IMG/VR virus record: IMGVR_UViG_3300032297_000199
Coordinates: 18,345-82,344 of that record
Source of the DNA: a virus
Direction: 5' to 3' (one strand)
DNA length: 64,000 bases
The translations under genes and the position numbers were made by a program. Position 1 is the stretch's first letter, and each line of letters opens with the position of its first letter. Under the pieces are notes generated by a model. The model made no database searches. It saw only the letters and a program-made list of their open reading frames with translations, and had not been told where the DNA came from. Shown here piece by piece: positions 8,068-17,672 of the stretch.

Positions 8068-9169
8068 TTTTTCCGAGCGGAAAATACTCCGTGCCAGGAG
8101 TGGGGTTACCGGGCATTGCTGGGCTATAATAATTAGAAACTCCGTCCGAATCCGGAATCCAAAGAACACGAACATCACTCCAGTTTCCTACAGCATTTTG
8201 GTAAACAATTTTTGTAGTAGGTGTAGAATAAGTTAGTTCTGCAAGAGTAGTATAATTAGCAAATGTCCCCGGGTTGTTTTCCAAAGTTGCTTGAATTTTA
8301 ATAGTACCCTTAAACGCATTTAGATGCATAGCTATAGTTGTCAACTGATTAAGCTCAGGATACCCTCTTAAATTTCCTGTGTAGAAATTATATTTTAACT
8401 GATTTTGATTGTAGTATTTTTGCCAGCTAGTAATTTCTAATGTTGGCTTAGGAGTTGGAAATACATCGTGTGTTAATCGTAATTGACCATTAATTCCGTA
8501 GTACACATTACTATAAGTAGGGAGGTCTGCTCCGTCTGCATCTGTACTAGTAACGCTAAAATTATAGTAAGTGGATTCTAAATTTCTAGTGTCATTTTCA
8601 GTCAGTGTTAATAGTGCTAATCCTCTAGAACTAGTTGTTATACCGTCATCTGTAACTTCGACATTTTTTCGAACAATTAAAGTATTGTTAGTGCTGTCAA
8701 ACATATTAAACACATAATTCTGCCCAAATACAATACTAGTACCGCTTGATATAGGTTTAAGAATAGGACTTAAGAAACTATCAGTGTCTGGATTGTATGC
8801 AGGATTTTGATTATAAACAGTCACTTGTGTTCCGTTTATTTCAGATACATAAGTGCCAGGTTGGAATGTGGGGTCATCAGCGTTGTCTGCAGAAATAGTA
8901 GGAAACATTCCCACTTTAATATTAGTTGTAGTTGTTAGATTAAGGACAAAAGTTCCTGTAGTAATAGGGCCAGCAGTTGGAGCAATACCCTTAATCCTTA
9001 CAGGTTTCTGATCAGCATTCTTAAACTGAAGTTGAACTTTGTTTTTAAGTCCTTTTTGTATTTTTAATTCGCGCTGATACATAGTGTTATAGGCTCCCCT
9101 AATCCCTTCGTCCAAACTTAGTTGCAGTTCCAGAAGATTGGAATATAAATAGATTGGTAATTTCTGCAT
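8042..9169 (-). CDS. Hypothetical, probable virion structural (beta-rich) protein
   Basis: Long Thr/Asn-rich ORF. Start moved to ATG 9169, preceded by TAAATA-N7. Confidence 0.6.
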   Translation of the reverse strand: MQKLPIYLYSNLLELQLSLDEGIRGAYNTMYQRELKIQKGLKNKVQLQFKNADQKPVRIKGIAPTAGPITTGTFVLNLTTTTNIKVGMFPTISADNADDPTFQPGTYVSEINGTQVTVYNQNPAYNPDTDSFLSPILKPISSGTSIVFGQNYVFNMFDSTNNTLIVRKNVEVTDDGITTSSRGLALLTLTENDTRNLESTYYNFSVTSTDADGADLPTYSNVYYGINGQLRLTHDVFPTPKPTLEITSWQKYYNQNQLKYNFYTGNLRGYPELNQLTTIAMHLNAFKGTIKIQATLENNPGTFANYTTLAELTYSTPTTKIVYQNAVGNWSDVRVLWIPDSDGVSNYYSPAMPGNPTPGTEYFPLGKIDKVQYRS

Positions 9170-9187
9170 AGGTATATATTTATTGTA

Positions 9188-9571
9188 ATGACAACTAAGG
9201 ACGGCTTCGAAAAACAATTCCCTTTCATAACCTGTATTAAGACTACAGATAATGAATATATAGGAATCTTAATAAATCTAGATGACAATGTCACGAGTAT
9301 CTACGATCTAAGTACAATCAAGACTGATACAGAGCGTCAACTTTTTCTAGAAATGGGAGAAACTTGGTGGTGGGAGAGCAATAGAAAAATACCTATTAAT
9401 ATTTTTTTAAAGCAAGAAATGGTAGCATTCAGAGGGTACATCAAAACTTTTAATAGTAAAGATGTAGAGGTAGTATTCGGACCAATAGTAAATCTAAGCG
9501 AGATCGCAGAAAAAAGAGTTAAACGAAAAAGTATTCAACTCGTTAGAACTGTTAAGAAAATCCGTAGCTAA
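9188..9571 (+). CDS. Phage hypothetical protein (weak resemblance to T4 gp2 DNA end protector)
   Basis: TATAAATA at 9144-9151 upstream. The FPFI...YIGI...YIKTF pattern is only loosely gp2-like. Confidence 0.5.
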   Translation: MTTKDGFEKQFPFITCIKTTDNEYIGILINLDDNVTSIYDLSTIKTDTERQLFLEMGETWWWESNRKIPINIFLKQEMVAFRGYIKTFNSKDVEVVFGPIVNLSEIAEKRVKRKSIQLVRTVKKIRS

Positions 9572-10130
9572 TTCTTTCGCAAATTAGATTAAGTTGTAAT
9601 ACAATTAAATGGGCATAACCAACAGCATGACTTTTCTTAAAATAATAGGCGTCTTCTGTTTTAATCCAGACTTCATTGTCGAGCGCCTTGAAACCTTTTT
9701 CCTTACATACTGGGATGAGGTGCTTTTTACCAGGCCTAATCAAAGCAAGGACAATGGCTAGTTCTTCAATACTAGCAGGCTTTAATTCTTTCATCAAATT
9801 GTGATAACCGTTAATATGGAATAGTTGATCACATACTTCTTTTTCGTACATTAAATCCCACAGCGGTTCTACACTAAGCAATTGATTAATATGTTCTTCG
9901 CTAGTCACTCCCGAATAGGCGCTAACATTTAAAAAGTCTATTTTAAAATAACCTCTTTCTTCTGCTTGTTCATACGGGATAGATGCCAAACCTGTTAACG
10001 GGTTAACTGGAATTTCGTGACAATACACTCCAGTATTGTGCTTCTTTCCGTCTGGCAAACTTGCAGGAATATGCTTAATAATTTTAAGCACTTCTGTCCT
10101 ATCTCGGAAGTCAATATCGATATCAGGCAA
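9552..10130 (-). CDS. dnaE: Miniature DNA polymerase III alpha (DnaE)-like catalytic fragment
   Basis: Ordered motifs PDIDIDF, KHNTGVY, GYFKIDFL, ALIRPG and YYFKKSHAVGY in 192 aa. Confidence 0.85.
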   Translation of the reverse strand: MPDIDIDFRDRTEVLKIIKHIPASLPDGKKHNTGVYCHEIPVNPLTGLASIPYEQAEERGYFKIDFLNVSAYSGVTSEEHINQLLSVEPLWDLMYEKEVCDQLFHINGYHNLMKELKPASIEELAIVLALIRPGKKHLIPVCKEKGFKALDNEVWIKTEDAYYFKKSHAVGYAHLIVLQLNLICERISYGFS

Positions 10131-10818
10131 TTCCGGCCTCCTTACATATTTCTTTTACTAAAGCAGTGTCACCTGGATTATCTTTAAACTTCTTCAGCCA
10201 GAATGCAACATCAAATGCAGGTGTAATCAATTCTAATTGATCGTCGTTAAACTTATTCACCATTTCTTTTCCGCTCTTACAGTTAAGTACGATCCAGGGA
10301 GATACAAGACCGTTTCTAATATCCTGTACTGCTCTGTTTAAATTGACATACAAGAAGTAATGTTCAAATGCCGCTCCACTTGTATCAGCCCAATCCATCA
10401 TATGTTGTATGCTTCGTTGAACAGCAGACTCTACTGGCTCAACTTTTAGTAAGTCATACAAATACTTTTCGTAAAGTTCATCCCTGCACCAATGATCTAA
10501 TTTAACTCCACTCTTAATTACATATACAACAAATCGTTCAGGATATAGCGGATTTACATTATTGATGAAACTTCCGAATTTTACAAACGCATTATAGAAA
10601 GAACTCTTACAAAACTCTTCATATGTTTTTTGTTTTCTAGAATTTTGTGTTAATTTATAAAACTGATCAAATGCATAAAAACCTGTCTGTACTCTTTTCT
10701 CATCTTTTTGCAAGACGCGGCGTTTAGGCTCACACATGTGAGCAATTAAAGTTTTTTCTTTCATAAACTTTTTGCCACAATGTACACAGTCGTAAGGTTG
10801 ATCAGCCAAAGTTATCAC
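10123..10818 (-). CDS. Hypothetical protein with N-terminal zinc finger
   Basis: YDCVHCGKKF....L..HMC; coupled to both neighbours. Confidence 0.7.
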   Translation of the reverse strand: MITLADQPYDCVHCGKKFMKEKTLIAHMCEPKRRVLQKDEKRVQTGFYAFDQFYKLTQNSRKQKTYEEFCKSSFYNAFVKFGSFINNVNPLYPERFVVYVIKSGVKLDHWCRDELYEKYLYDLLKVEPVESAVQRSIQHMMDWADTSGAAFEHYFLYVNLNRAVQDIRNGLVSPWIVLNCKSGKEMVNKFNDDQLELITPAFDVAFWLKKFKDNPGDTALVKEICKEAGIA

Positions 10819-11279
10819 TCGTATTCTTTCCGTTGTTTCTTGTCAAATCCCATCTTATCAAACAACTCTTCTTTGTCTTTTTTATCCATCATCGATGCCA
10901 GTATTTTAATTTCTCCCATCTTCATAGTAGGATACAGTTCTACTAGCAATTTCTCAATCTTGTTTGCTTTTTCTTTTTTGCCGGCAGCAAGATAAGGATG
11001 ATAGAAGTTAGAACCGATTCCAGTAGCGGCAAATAGTTTCCATAGGAGAGCTTTATGATTCTTACTTAATAGCCAATGATTTTTATTAACATACTCGTTA
11101 GTAGTTTCAATAAACCATTCTTGTATATCTCTGTCTGCTTGTACATTACTAGTGTACCGCATTAAAATAAATGGACTAAATGCTTTCTTTTCTTCGTCTG
11201 TTAAGTTGTCATAAAAATTGTAGTTCTTTTGATCTACAGCATTAAGTTCTCGTTTAATATCTAGTTTTGCTGTTGCCAT
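10815..11279 (-). CDS. Probable clamp-loader small subunit (T4 gp62-like)
   Basis: FSPFILMRYTS motif, size and replication context. Start set at the TAATG overlap (11279). Confidence 0.55.
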   Translation of the reverse strand: MATAKLDIKRELNAVDQKNYNFYDNLTDEEKKAFSPFILMRYTSNVQADRDIQEWFIETTNEYVNKNHWLLSKNHKALLWKLFAATGIGSNFYHPYLAAGKKEKANKIEKLLVELYPTMKMGEIKILASMMDKKDKEELFDKMGFDKKQRKEYE

Positions 11280-11572
11280 TATACTGGATGCCAATCTGGT
11301 GGTAGTGGATTATCTTTACTTAGATGATATATTATTATACACTGATCAAGTGCTTTTTGTAAAGCAGGATTATTCTTAGATGCTCGTCGAATCTCGCCCC
11401 ATAATTTAGCATCCATGATGTGTTCGCGTAGAGGCCTACCGTCTTCAGTTCGAGGATCGTAATCGTATCCAATTTCTTTCCTTGTGCTAGGATCGGACCC
11501 AATTTCGCGAGCATAAACAGTTCCTTTATCTCGCTCGTATATGTATGTTGCACCAGGTTTAAGACTGCCCAT
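11279..11572 (-). CDS. Hypothetical protein
   Basis: ORF tightly packed in the operon. Confidence 0.7.
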   Translation of the reverse strand: MGSLKPGATYIYERDKGTVYAREIGSDPSTRKEIGYDYDPRTEDGRPLREHIMDAKLWGEIRRASKNNPALQKALDQCIIIYHLSKDNPLPPDWHPV

Positions 11573-11575
11573 AAT

Positions 11576-12079
11576 TTACCAACATTTAGTGTAATCTACA
11601 ATCTCGCTTTGGCGGCTAACTTCTTTAACAAAGAACGCACAAGGAGGTGCCTCTCCTGCTCGAAGGGGAGTTGTTAATAGTTGTCCAGGTTTCATTTTGG
11701 GAAAATACCATTTAACATCTTGATACACATTAATGATATCAATCTCATGAAATTCTGGTCTAAAACTACTTAATGGATTAAAACAAAATGTCTTAAATCC
11801 TCTATCATTCAAACTTGTTAAAGGTAGCACTTCCATGTCCGGACCTTCCGGATCGCCAACAATAGTACACCAGTCTAACGGCATGTTAACTGTATATGGA
11901 CCTACTTTAAGTACTGCCGCCGGTGCAGTAAATGATTCTAAAAAGATTAGAGGAATATAAAAATAGTCAGGATTTTGAGGATCACTGTTATCAAATACTG
12001 AGAATCGTAAGTCGTCCTCTAATTCCTCTGGGAGGTCATTGAGATAATATGTTTTGTTTTCTAATACTAGTATTTGCAT
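11576..12079 (-). CDS. Hypothetical protein, possible degenerate Hint-like beta fold
   Basis: Beta-rich ORF with TAATG coupling to uvsW; the fold call is a visual impression only. Confidence 0.6.
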   Translation of the reverse strand: MQILVLENKTYYLNDLPEELEDDLRFSVFDNSDPQNPDYFYIPLIFLESFTAPAAVLKVGPYTVNMPLDWCTIVGDPEGPDMEVLPLTSLNDRGFKTFCFNPLSSFRPEFHEIDIINVYQDVKWYFPKMKPGQLLTTPLRAGEAPPCAFFVKEVSRQSEIVDYTKCW

Positions 12080-13560
12080 TAATACTTTACCTTTTCTATT
12101 GTAAATGGGTATTGAGCTTCTTTGTAGAATCTCTTTCGTTCTGTTAAGTGTTTTTTAGCATATTTCGAACTTGCTGTCAAGTCCCAGATCTGGACGAAGT
12201 CCTTGTCGTCAGCTTTTCTAATGCCTCGCCCAATACTTTGTATAACCCGTGTAAAGCTCTTTCCGGACTCCAAAAGAACCAGATTAAAAATCCTAGGAAT
12301 ATTAATGCCCACAGCGGCCACACCGTAAGTCGCCACAATAATCTTGTTAGTGCTTGTTTTAATTTCGTCATATTCTTCTTTTCGATCTTTAGTTTTTACA
12401 GACCCAGAAATAAACGCAACATCCGGTTCTTCTTTTTGTATGCTGAATAACTCACTTAAATTTGTTTGTAAAAAATTACCACTTTCAATTCTATCTACTA
12501 GAACTAGGGTGTTTCCTGAGTTAGAAATTTGTTTAATTAGTTTAGAAATCCATGTCATTCTATCAGTATCAGTGACTAGGAATTTTAATTCAGAAGCGTA
12601 ACTCTCAAATTCTTTCCACTCTGCTGTTTGAATAATGTTTACATGACATTGACTCAATACACCTTTTTCTTGTAACTCATGTGCGGCAACTCTATGAACT
12701 ACTTCACCTAAGCTAACTTTGATATTTTGGAAGTCAATATCGTCTTTAGGAATGGTACCAGTTAATCCCCAACGAATAGGCGCATTAGCAATGTTTTGTG
12801 TAAGTAATCTTTTTAAGACATCTGCCTTTGCCATGTGAACTTCGTCAACCATAACTGTAGACACGCCATCTAAGAATTCTGCTAGGCTTAACAAGTCATC
12901 ATTATCCTTGGATTTTTTGTCTAAAATATTGAGACTCTGCCAAGTACAAATAGTGTGTGTTCTTCCTAGTTCTTTTCTATCACCGTAGTACACACCTACA
13001 TCTAATTTACAGTTAATAAAGTCTTCTTCTGTTTGTTCAACTAAACTCTTGTTAGGGACAATGGTTATTGTTCGACCATATTTTTCACAGATTTTACTCA
13101 AAGTTGCAGTGGTAATTGTCTTACCAAAGCCTGTGGCAATTTCTTGAATACACTGAGGATTCTCAAGAAACTTATTTACTACTTCGACCTGATCATCACG
13201 AAGTCTAATCTTCTCTCCGGCAAATCTATGTCCTTCCGGCCATGTTTGATCACCCCAAAAATCTTCGGAAATTTTGGTGAAATTTAGTGGTACTGAAACA
13301 CGGTGATCTTCGACGATTGGATCGTAGCCAGCACTAACCAGTTCTTCTACCACCTCAGGTAATAGACTCATGTATGTTGCGCCGCCTAGACCGAAGAAGC
13401 TGGTGCATCCATCCCACCTACCTAGTTTGTAAGCAGGAAGATATCGAGCTTTTTGGTCAAAATATTTGAATTTTTTGACCAGATTTTTCCTGGTATCTAA
13501 ATCCAGGTTTTCAATTTTAACATTGACCTCGTCTTTTATGACAATTCTACATGTGGCCAC
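12079..13560 (-). CDS. uvsW: SF2 DNA helicase UvsW
   Basis: LRDDQ Q-motif, ATGFGKT, DEVH, GLTGT, QSIGRGIR. Confidence 0.92.
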   Translation of the reverse strand: MATCRIVIKDEVNVKIENLDLDTRKNLVKKFKYFDQKARYLPAYKLGRWDGCTSFFGLGGATYMSLLPEVVEELVSAGYDPIVEDHRVSVPLNFTKISEDFWGDQTWPEGHRFAGEKIRLRDDQVEVVNKFLENPQCIQEIATGFGKTITTATLSKICEKYGRTITIVPNKSLVEQTEEDFINCKLDVGVYYGDRKELGRTHTICTWQSLNILDKKSKDNDDLLSLAEFLDGVSTVMVDEVHMAKADVLKRLLTQNIANAPIRWGLTGTIPKDDIDFQNIKVSLGEVVHRVAAHELQEKGVLSQCHVNIIQTAEWKEFESYASELKFLVTDTDRMTWISKLIKQISNSGNTLVLVDRIESGNFLQTNLSELFSIQKEEPDVAFISGSVKTKDRKEEYDEIKTSTNKIIVATYGVAAVGINIPRIFNLVLLESGKSFTRVIQSIGRGIRKADDKDFVQIWDLTASSKYAKKHLTERKRFYKEAQYPFTIEKVKY

Positions 13561-14756
13561 TTAGTAACTCCCTTTGTTGCTTTGCTATTATACACAATTA
13601 TATCAGGGAAGTCTTGTAAAAAGGATGTCAGCGTGTAATGAGCGGTGTTCATTGAACCTAAATTGATAACACTATTAAACTGTATTCCGCTCTTGATCAC
13701 AGGCTTAGGTAATTTTTGACTCACAAACACAAATTTAGTGTCTTCGCTTATTGGACTGTTAAGTCCATAATCTTTCACTAATTCGTTAAACATCCTATCA
13801 TTACCGTTCTCAGTCCTAAACATCACAGAAACCTGATTTTTCTGGAAATTTTGTGAATTTAAGAAACTCCACCATTTTTTTAGGTTAGCAATTTCTGTGC
13901 CTGCTGGTATGATAACCAAGCAAGGACTAGCATATCTAACTATGTCTGAAAAATGTTCAATTTCATACTTTTCCGAATCAACCTCTAATCTTATCTTCCC
14001 AGTAGTAGACAAGAATTTTCTGGTTAATTTGGGAATTTCCAGGTTTTTTATGGTATCATTGATATCTTCGTCCCATACACTAATACCGTACCGTTTAGCA
14101 TGGAAAAGAGTTTCTAATAAACCTAAACCTCTCGGTTGGGGAATCGAAGGGTGTGTATTAACATATGAAAATTCTTCACCGTTTGATGTCAAACGAGGCA
14201 CATATCGGTCAAAATCTGCCGAAATTTCTTCAAGTTGAGACCATATTTCGTCAAATTTTTCACAGGTAGCAAAACCAGTAGGAACTAGTACATTCTTTAT
14301 GTAATCCACACTTCCTTCGGTTAAAGAAAACATCCAAGCCTTAGCTTCACTGTCCCAAGTAGCATTGTCCGGAGCTGACCTACTGTTCCATGCCCGTAGC
14401 TCAGATAGCAATTTTTCATCGTATGGGAAGGAAACTTTGATAGATTTCAGTCTATCTTGTTCAACCACTTCGACCTTTTTAGACTGTATGGCAATTTTTC
14501 GGATAGGTAGCCTAAAAGTTGGATTGTCAGTAAAAACAGTGATATCCTTCCCGAGGACTACTGATAGCTGGACTCTATATTTTTTACAAAATTTAACTGC
14601 TAGTGAGGATTGCTTCTCACTTAGTCCGTAACCTCGAAGAATTTGGTCAGAAAAACTGGAGAGGAGAGGTTGATCTCTGGTCTCTATGTCCAGAGGTGGT
14701 AGAAAAAGATATTGACCGCTACTTGAAAGACGATCAATTAGGTCTTCAATGTACAT
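13536..14756 (-). CDS. Hypothetical protein (possible HARP-like segment)
   Basis: 406-aa ORF between uvsY and uvsW; VSFPYD...WDSEAKAW segment. Confidence 0.65.
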   Translation of the reverse strand: MYIEDLIDRLSSSGQYLFLPPLDIETRDQPLLSSFSDQILRGYGLSEKQSSLAVKFCKKYRVQLSVVLGKDITVFTDNPTFRLPIRKIAIQSKKVEVVEQDRLKSIKVSFPYDEKLLSELRAWNSRSAPDNATWDSEAKAWMFSLTEGSVDYIKNVLVPTGFATCEKFDEIWSQLEEISADFDRYVPRLTSNGEEFSYVNTHPSIPQPRGLGLLETLFHAKRYGISVWDEDINDTIKNLEIPKLTRKFLSTTGKIRLEVDSEKYEIEHFSDIVRYASPCLVIIPAGTEIANLKKWWSFLNSQNFQKNQVSVMFRTENGNDRMFNELVKDYGLNSPISEDTKFVFVSQKLPKPVIKSGIQFNSVINLGSMNTAHYTLTSFLQDFPDIIVYNSKATKGVTKWPHVELS

Positions 14757-14764
14757 AGCGCACC

Positions 14765-15220
14765 TTAAATTGAGATATCTTCCATACCTGCTGTACGGAG
14801 TTTGATAATGTTACTCAACTGCCACTGTTTTATGTCTAAACCTTTGATAATACCTAACCATTGGTTCCTTAACAGGGCAAACTCGTTAATAATTTTTTCC
14901 ATATCAACTACATCGGCTTCACCTTCGACATATTTTTCAACATCTCGGCTACTTAATGCTCGTTGATAGTTTTCTAGATATTTTTTGAATGTCTTTGAAC
15001 GAAGCCTGCGGAGCTCAATGTTCAAATATTCTAAAATTCCTTCAATTTCTTGAAGTTGATTGAATCGTTGTTCAACAATTCCTGGAAGATTGGCGGAAGC
15101 CTTTTCTATGTTACCATATACTTTGACTTCTCGCCTTGCTTCTTCAATTTGAGTATAGTAATAATCAATACAGGCTGGAAGATGAGCAATATCCTTGCTC
15201 ACCTTTGAGTACCAATTCAT
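14765..15220 (-). CDS. uvsY: Recombination mediator UvsY
   Basis: Coiled-coil; C-terminal IIKGLDIKQWQLSNIIKLRTAG resembles UvsY; adjacent to uvsX. Confidence 0.8.
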   Translation of the reverse strand: MNWYSKVSKDIAHLPACIDYYYTQIEEARREVKVYGNIEKASANLPGIVEQRFNQLQEIEGILEYLNIELRRLRSKTFKKYLENYQRALSSRDVEKYVEGEADVVDMEKIINEFALLRNQWLGIIKGLDIKQWQLSNIIKLRTAGMEDISI

Positions 15221-15468
15221 TAATAGTCCTCGTCTTCCTCATAGTATCCGTCGTCTTCCTCAGAATCGAACTCTGCCTCTTCGTCAACAACCAATTTGAT
15301 TGCTTCGTCTAGGTGAGGATCGTATCCCATGAAACCTTCGAGTACCGATGTTTCGACATCTTTGCTCAATAAGAAATTAACATACTGATTAGCTGCCATT
15401 TCTTTATTTTTGTCAGGGATATATTCACGGAATGTATCCCATAATTCCATAATTAAACTATCATCCAT
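15220..15468 (-). CDS. Small acidic hypothetical protein
   Basis: TAATG-coupled on both sides; D/E-rich tail. Confidence 0.75.
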   Translation of the reverse strand: MDDSLIMELWDTFREYIPDKNKEMAANQYVNFLLSKDVETSVLEGFMGYDPHLDEAIKLVVDEEAEFDSEEDDGYYEEDEDY

Positions 15469-16520
15469 TATGCTTCCTCGGTTTCTTCTACAATTGTGAT
15501 ATCAACAGTTGGCTCAACCCACTCATCCATGATGAGTTTTAGTTTGTCTTCAGTCCATTGCTTGCGGAAATGTGACTGAACTTCTCCTGTCGTCTTACTT
15601 ATATATTGTAGCTTATTTCCTGATTTTGTCAAGACACCTTTAGCTTCAAATAAGTCCACTAAACCGCTTGTCGGAGCCATGCCAGTTGTATATGGGATTT
15701 CAACTTGAACTGATTCAAACGGTTTTGCATAACGAGTTTTCATAATCTTACAAGCGGAACGGATACCGTTAACTGTTGTAGTCTTATTACCATCTGCGTC
15801 TGTCTTCAACTTCAACTTACGCATAGCAACTACAATAGATGATGCATAAATGAAACCTTGACCACCTGAGATCTTATCATCTGGATCAAACATATCCTGA
15901 CTAGCGTAGGTGTGGTTAGTACAAACTAAACCAACATTGTAGCTACCAAACATGTTAACACAATTACGAACAAGTGAAGTAAGTGCTTTAGGTTTACGGC
16001 CCATATCACCTTTCATTTCACCTGCTTCGAACTGATTTACATCAGTAGGAGTAAGCAACATGCCTAAAGAATCAATAACAAATAAGACCTTTGTGCGATC
16101 TTCAACCGCCATTGCTTTATATTCTTTCATGAACTCGGAAATGGTTTTAGCCACATCGTCAATCATTGCCATGTTAAGTTTTAGAAGTTTATCTTCTGTA
16201 GTTTGAACACCTAACGCATGTAACCATGCTTCGTCAAGTGCGTTTTCGCTGTCAACTAAGATAACAAAAATACCTTGTTCCTGTGCTGCCTTGATAATGT
16301 TACCAGAACAGATATAACTCTTTCCGGCGCCACTTTCTCCGGCAAACACAGTCACCTTACCCAGAGGAACTCCTTTGTTGAAGTCCCCTGAGATAAGATA
16401 GTTAAGGGCATAGTTACCAGTTGAAATCCAGTCAGTTGGATCGTTAAATCCAATACCTAAGCCGTCGATAGACTTAGTGATAGATTTACGAAACTTAGAG
16501 ATATCAAATGCTTTTGCCAT
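15468..16520 (-). CDS. uvsX: RecA-like recombinase UvsX
   Basis: ISTG..ALN, GESGAGKS Walker A, DSENALD, VIDSLG, SGG...YASS; GGAG RBS. Confidence 0.95.
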   Translation of the reverse strand: MAKAFDISKFRKSITKSIDGLGIGFNDPTDWISTGNYALNYLISGDFNKGVPLGKVTVFAGESGAGKSYICSGNIIKAAQEQGIFVILVDSENALDEAWLHALGVQTTEDKLLKLNMAMIDDVAKTISEFMKEYKAMAVEDRTKVLFVIDSLGMLLTPTDVNQFEAGEMKGDMGRKPKALTSLVRNCVNMFGSYNVGLVCTNHTYASQDMFDPDDKISGGQGFIYASSIVVAMRKLKLKTDADGNKTTTVNGIRSACKIMKTRYAKPFESVQVEIPYTTGMAPTSGLVDLFEAKGVLTKSGNKLQYISKTTGEVQSHFRKQWTEDKLKLIMDEWVEPTVDITIVEETEEA

Positions 16521-16531
16521 TATCTATCTCC

Positions 16532-17527
16532 TTATTCAGACTTGTTGCGGTTACGAATCATTGCCAAGATATCTTGAGCACGACTACCAGCTTCTGACTT
16601 TTCTGCTACAGGAGCAGCCTCAGCAACTTTAGCGGGTGCTGATGCCGCTTGTTCAAAAGGGGGATCTTCGTCGTCCAAGTTAACAGGAGCAGGTGCTGCC
16701 TTAGAAGCAGAAGCTGCCGGTGTAGCATCGCCGCCTTTAGAGCTGTAGCCTGCTGGTTTGAAGTATTGACCCCAACGATCCATGTCAAATGCTTCACCGT
16801 CAACTGACGCTTCGAACATTTCCTTGATAACTTTGAGTTCAACATCTCCGGGCTTCTTGGGCAAGAAGTCTTTCAAGTTAAAGACACCGTGTGTCTTAAT
16901 TGCTTCATTTTCTTCATCACTCAATGCTCGTTCACGACGGGCCCAGTTTGAAGTAGAGTAGTCAGCATAACCGCCCTTGCTAGTTTTTGTGATACGGAAA
17001 TCTGTACCACGCAAGTAGTCTGTTGGCAATTCTTCCATATCTGGATCAAGTAATGCTGCCTTGATAATATTGAAGATCTGACTGCCGATGATGAATCGAC
17101 GAATTGGGTTTTCAGGAGTTTTATCTTCCTGCAATTTACTTTCAACAACAAAACCTTGGAACAAGTAACTACGCTTTTTCCAGTACTTACGACCCATTTC
17201 TTCTAATGCCTTGTCCTTGAACCAAGGACGAACCTCAGTAAGAATTGGGCAAGTCTCATTCCACATTTCCATACAAGGAACTTGTACTGTAACTGGTTTT
17301 GAGTTTGCTTCACCTTTAACACCGGCGAAAGGCAATTTGATCATTGCTCGTTCAATCCAGAAGAATGTGTTATTAGGATCTGCGTCAGGGAGGAATCGGA
17401 CTGTTGCGGATGAACCTTCTTGAATATTCCAGTGTGGAAATATTGCATTGTCACCACCACCGGATTGCCCGGTTTGTCCTGCTTGCGAAGCTTGAAGTTT
17501 TGCGCGAATTTCTGCTAAAGTTGCCAT
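16532..17527 (-). CDS. ssDNA-binding protein (T4 gp32-like)
   Basis: ATVRFLP, C...CP, YWKKRSY, GTDFRITK, YADYSTS and an acidic low-complexity tail. Confidence 0.88.
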   Translation of the reverse strand: MATLAEIRAKLQASQAGQTGQSGGGDNAIFPHWNIQEGSSATVRFLPDADPNNTFFWIERAMIKLPFAGVKGEANSKPVTVQVPCMEMWNETCPILTEVRPWFKDKALEEMGRKYWKKRSYLFQGFVVESKLQEDKTPENPIRRFIIGSQIFNIIKAALLDPDMEELPTDYLRGTDFRITKTSKGGYADYSTSNWARRERALSDEENEAIKTHGVFNLKDFLPKKPGDVELKVIKEMFEASVDGEAFDMDRWGQYFKPAGYSSKGGDATPAASASKAAPAPVNLDDEDPPFEQAASAPAKVAEAAPVAEKSEAGSRAQDILAMIRNRNKSE

Positions 17528-17582
17528 AATGTTTTTCCTTAATGTTTAATTTTATGTGCCATTTCTTTAAAGCCCACTGACT

Positions 17583-17635
17583 AAAAAGAAAAAGTGCATA
17601 TAGTTAACTATACGCACTTCTATTTATCTTTGCAA
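17583..17635 (-). promoter_or_regulatory. Overlapping terminator hairpin, sigma70 promoter and TAAATA upstream of gp32
   Basis: TTGCAA-N17-TATAGT (17635-17607), TAAATA (17626-17621), hairpin 17592-17619 followed by a U-rich tract. Confidence 0.65.
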
Positions 17636-17672
17636 CCTATATGGTTACTAAAATTGGTTTATTTTTGCCAAT

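Noticed and set aside
9552-10130. Split-intein DnaE as in cyanobacteria
   Set aside because: No intein N- or C-terminal signatures flank the ORF, and it has internal deletions rather than a single break.
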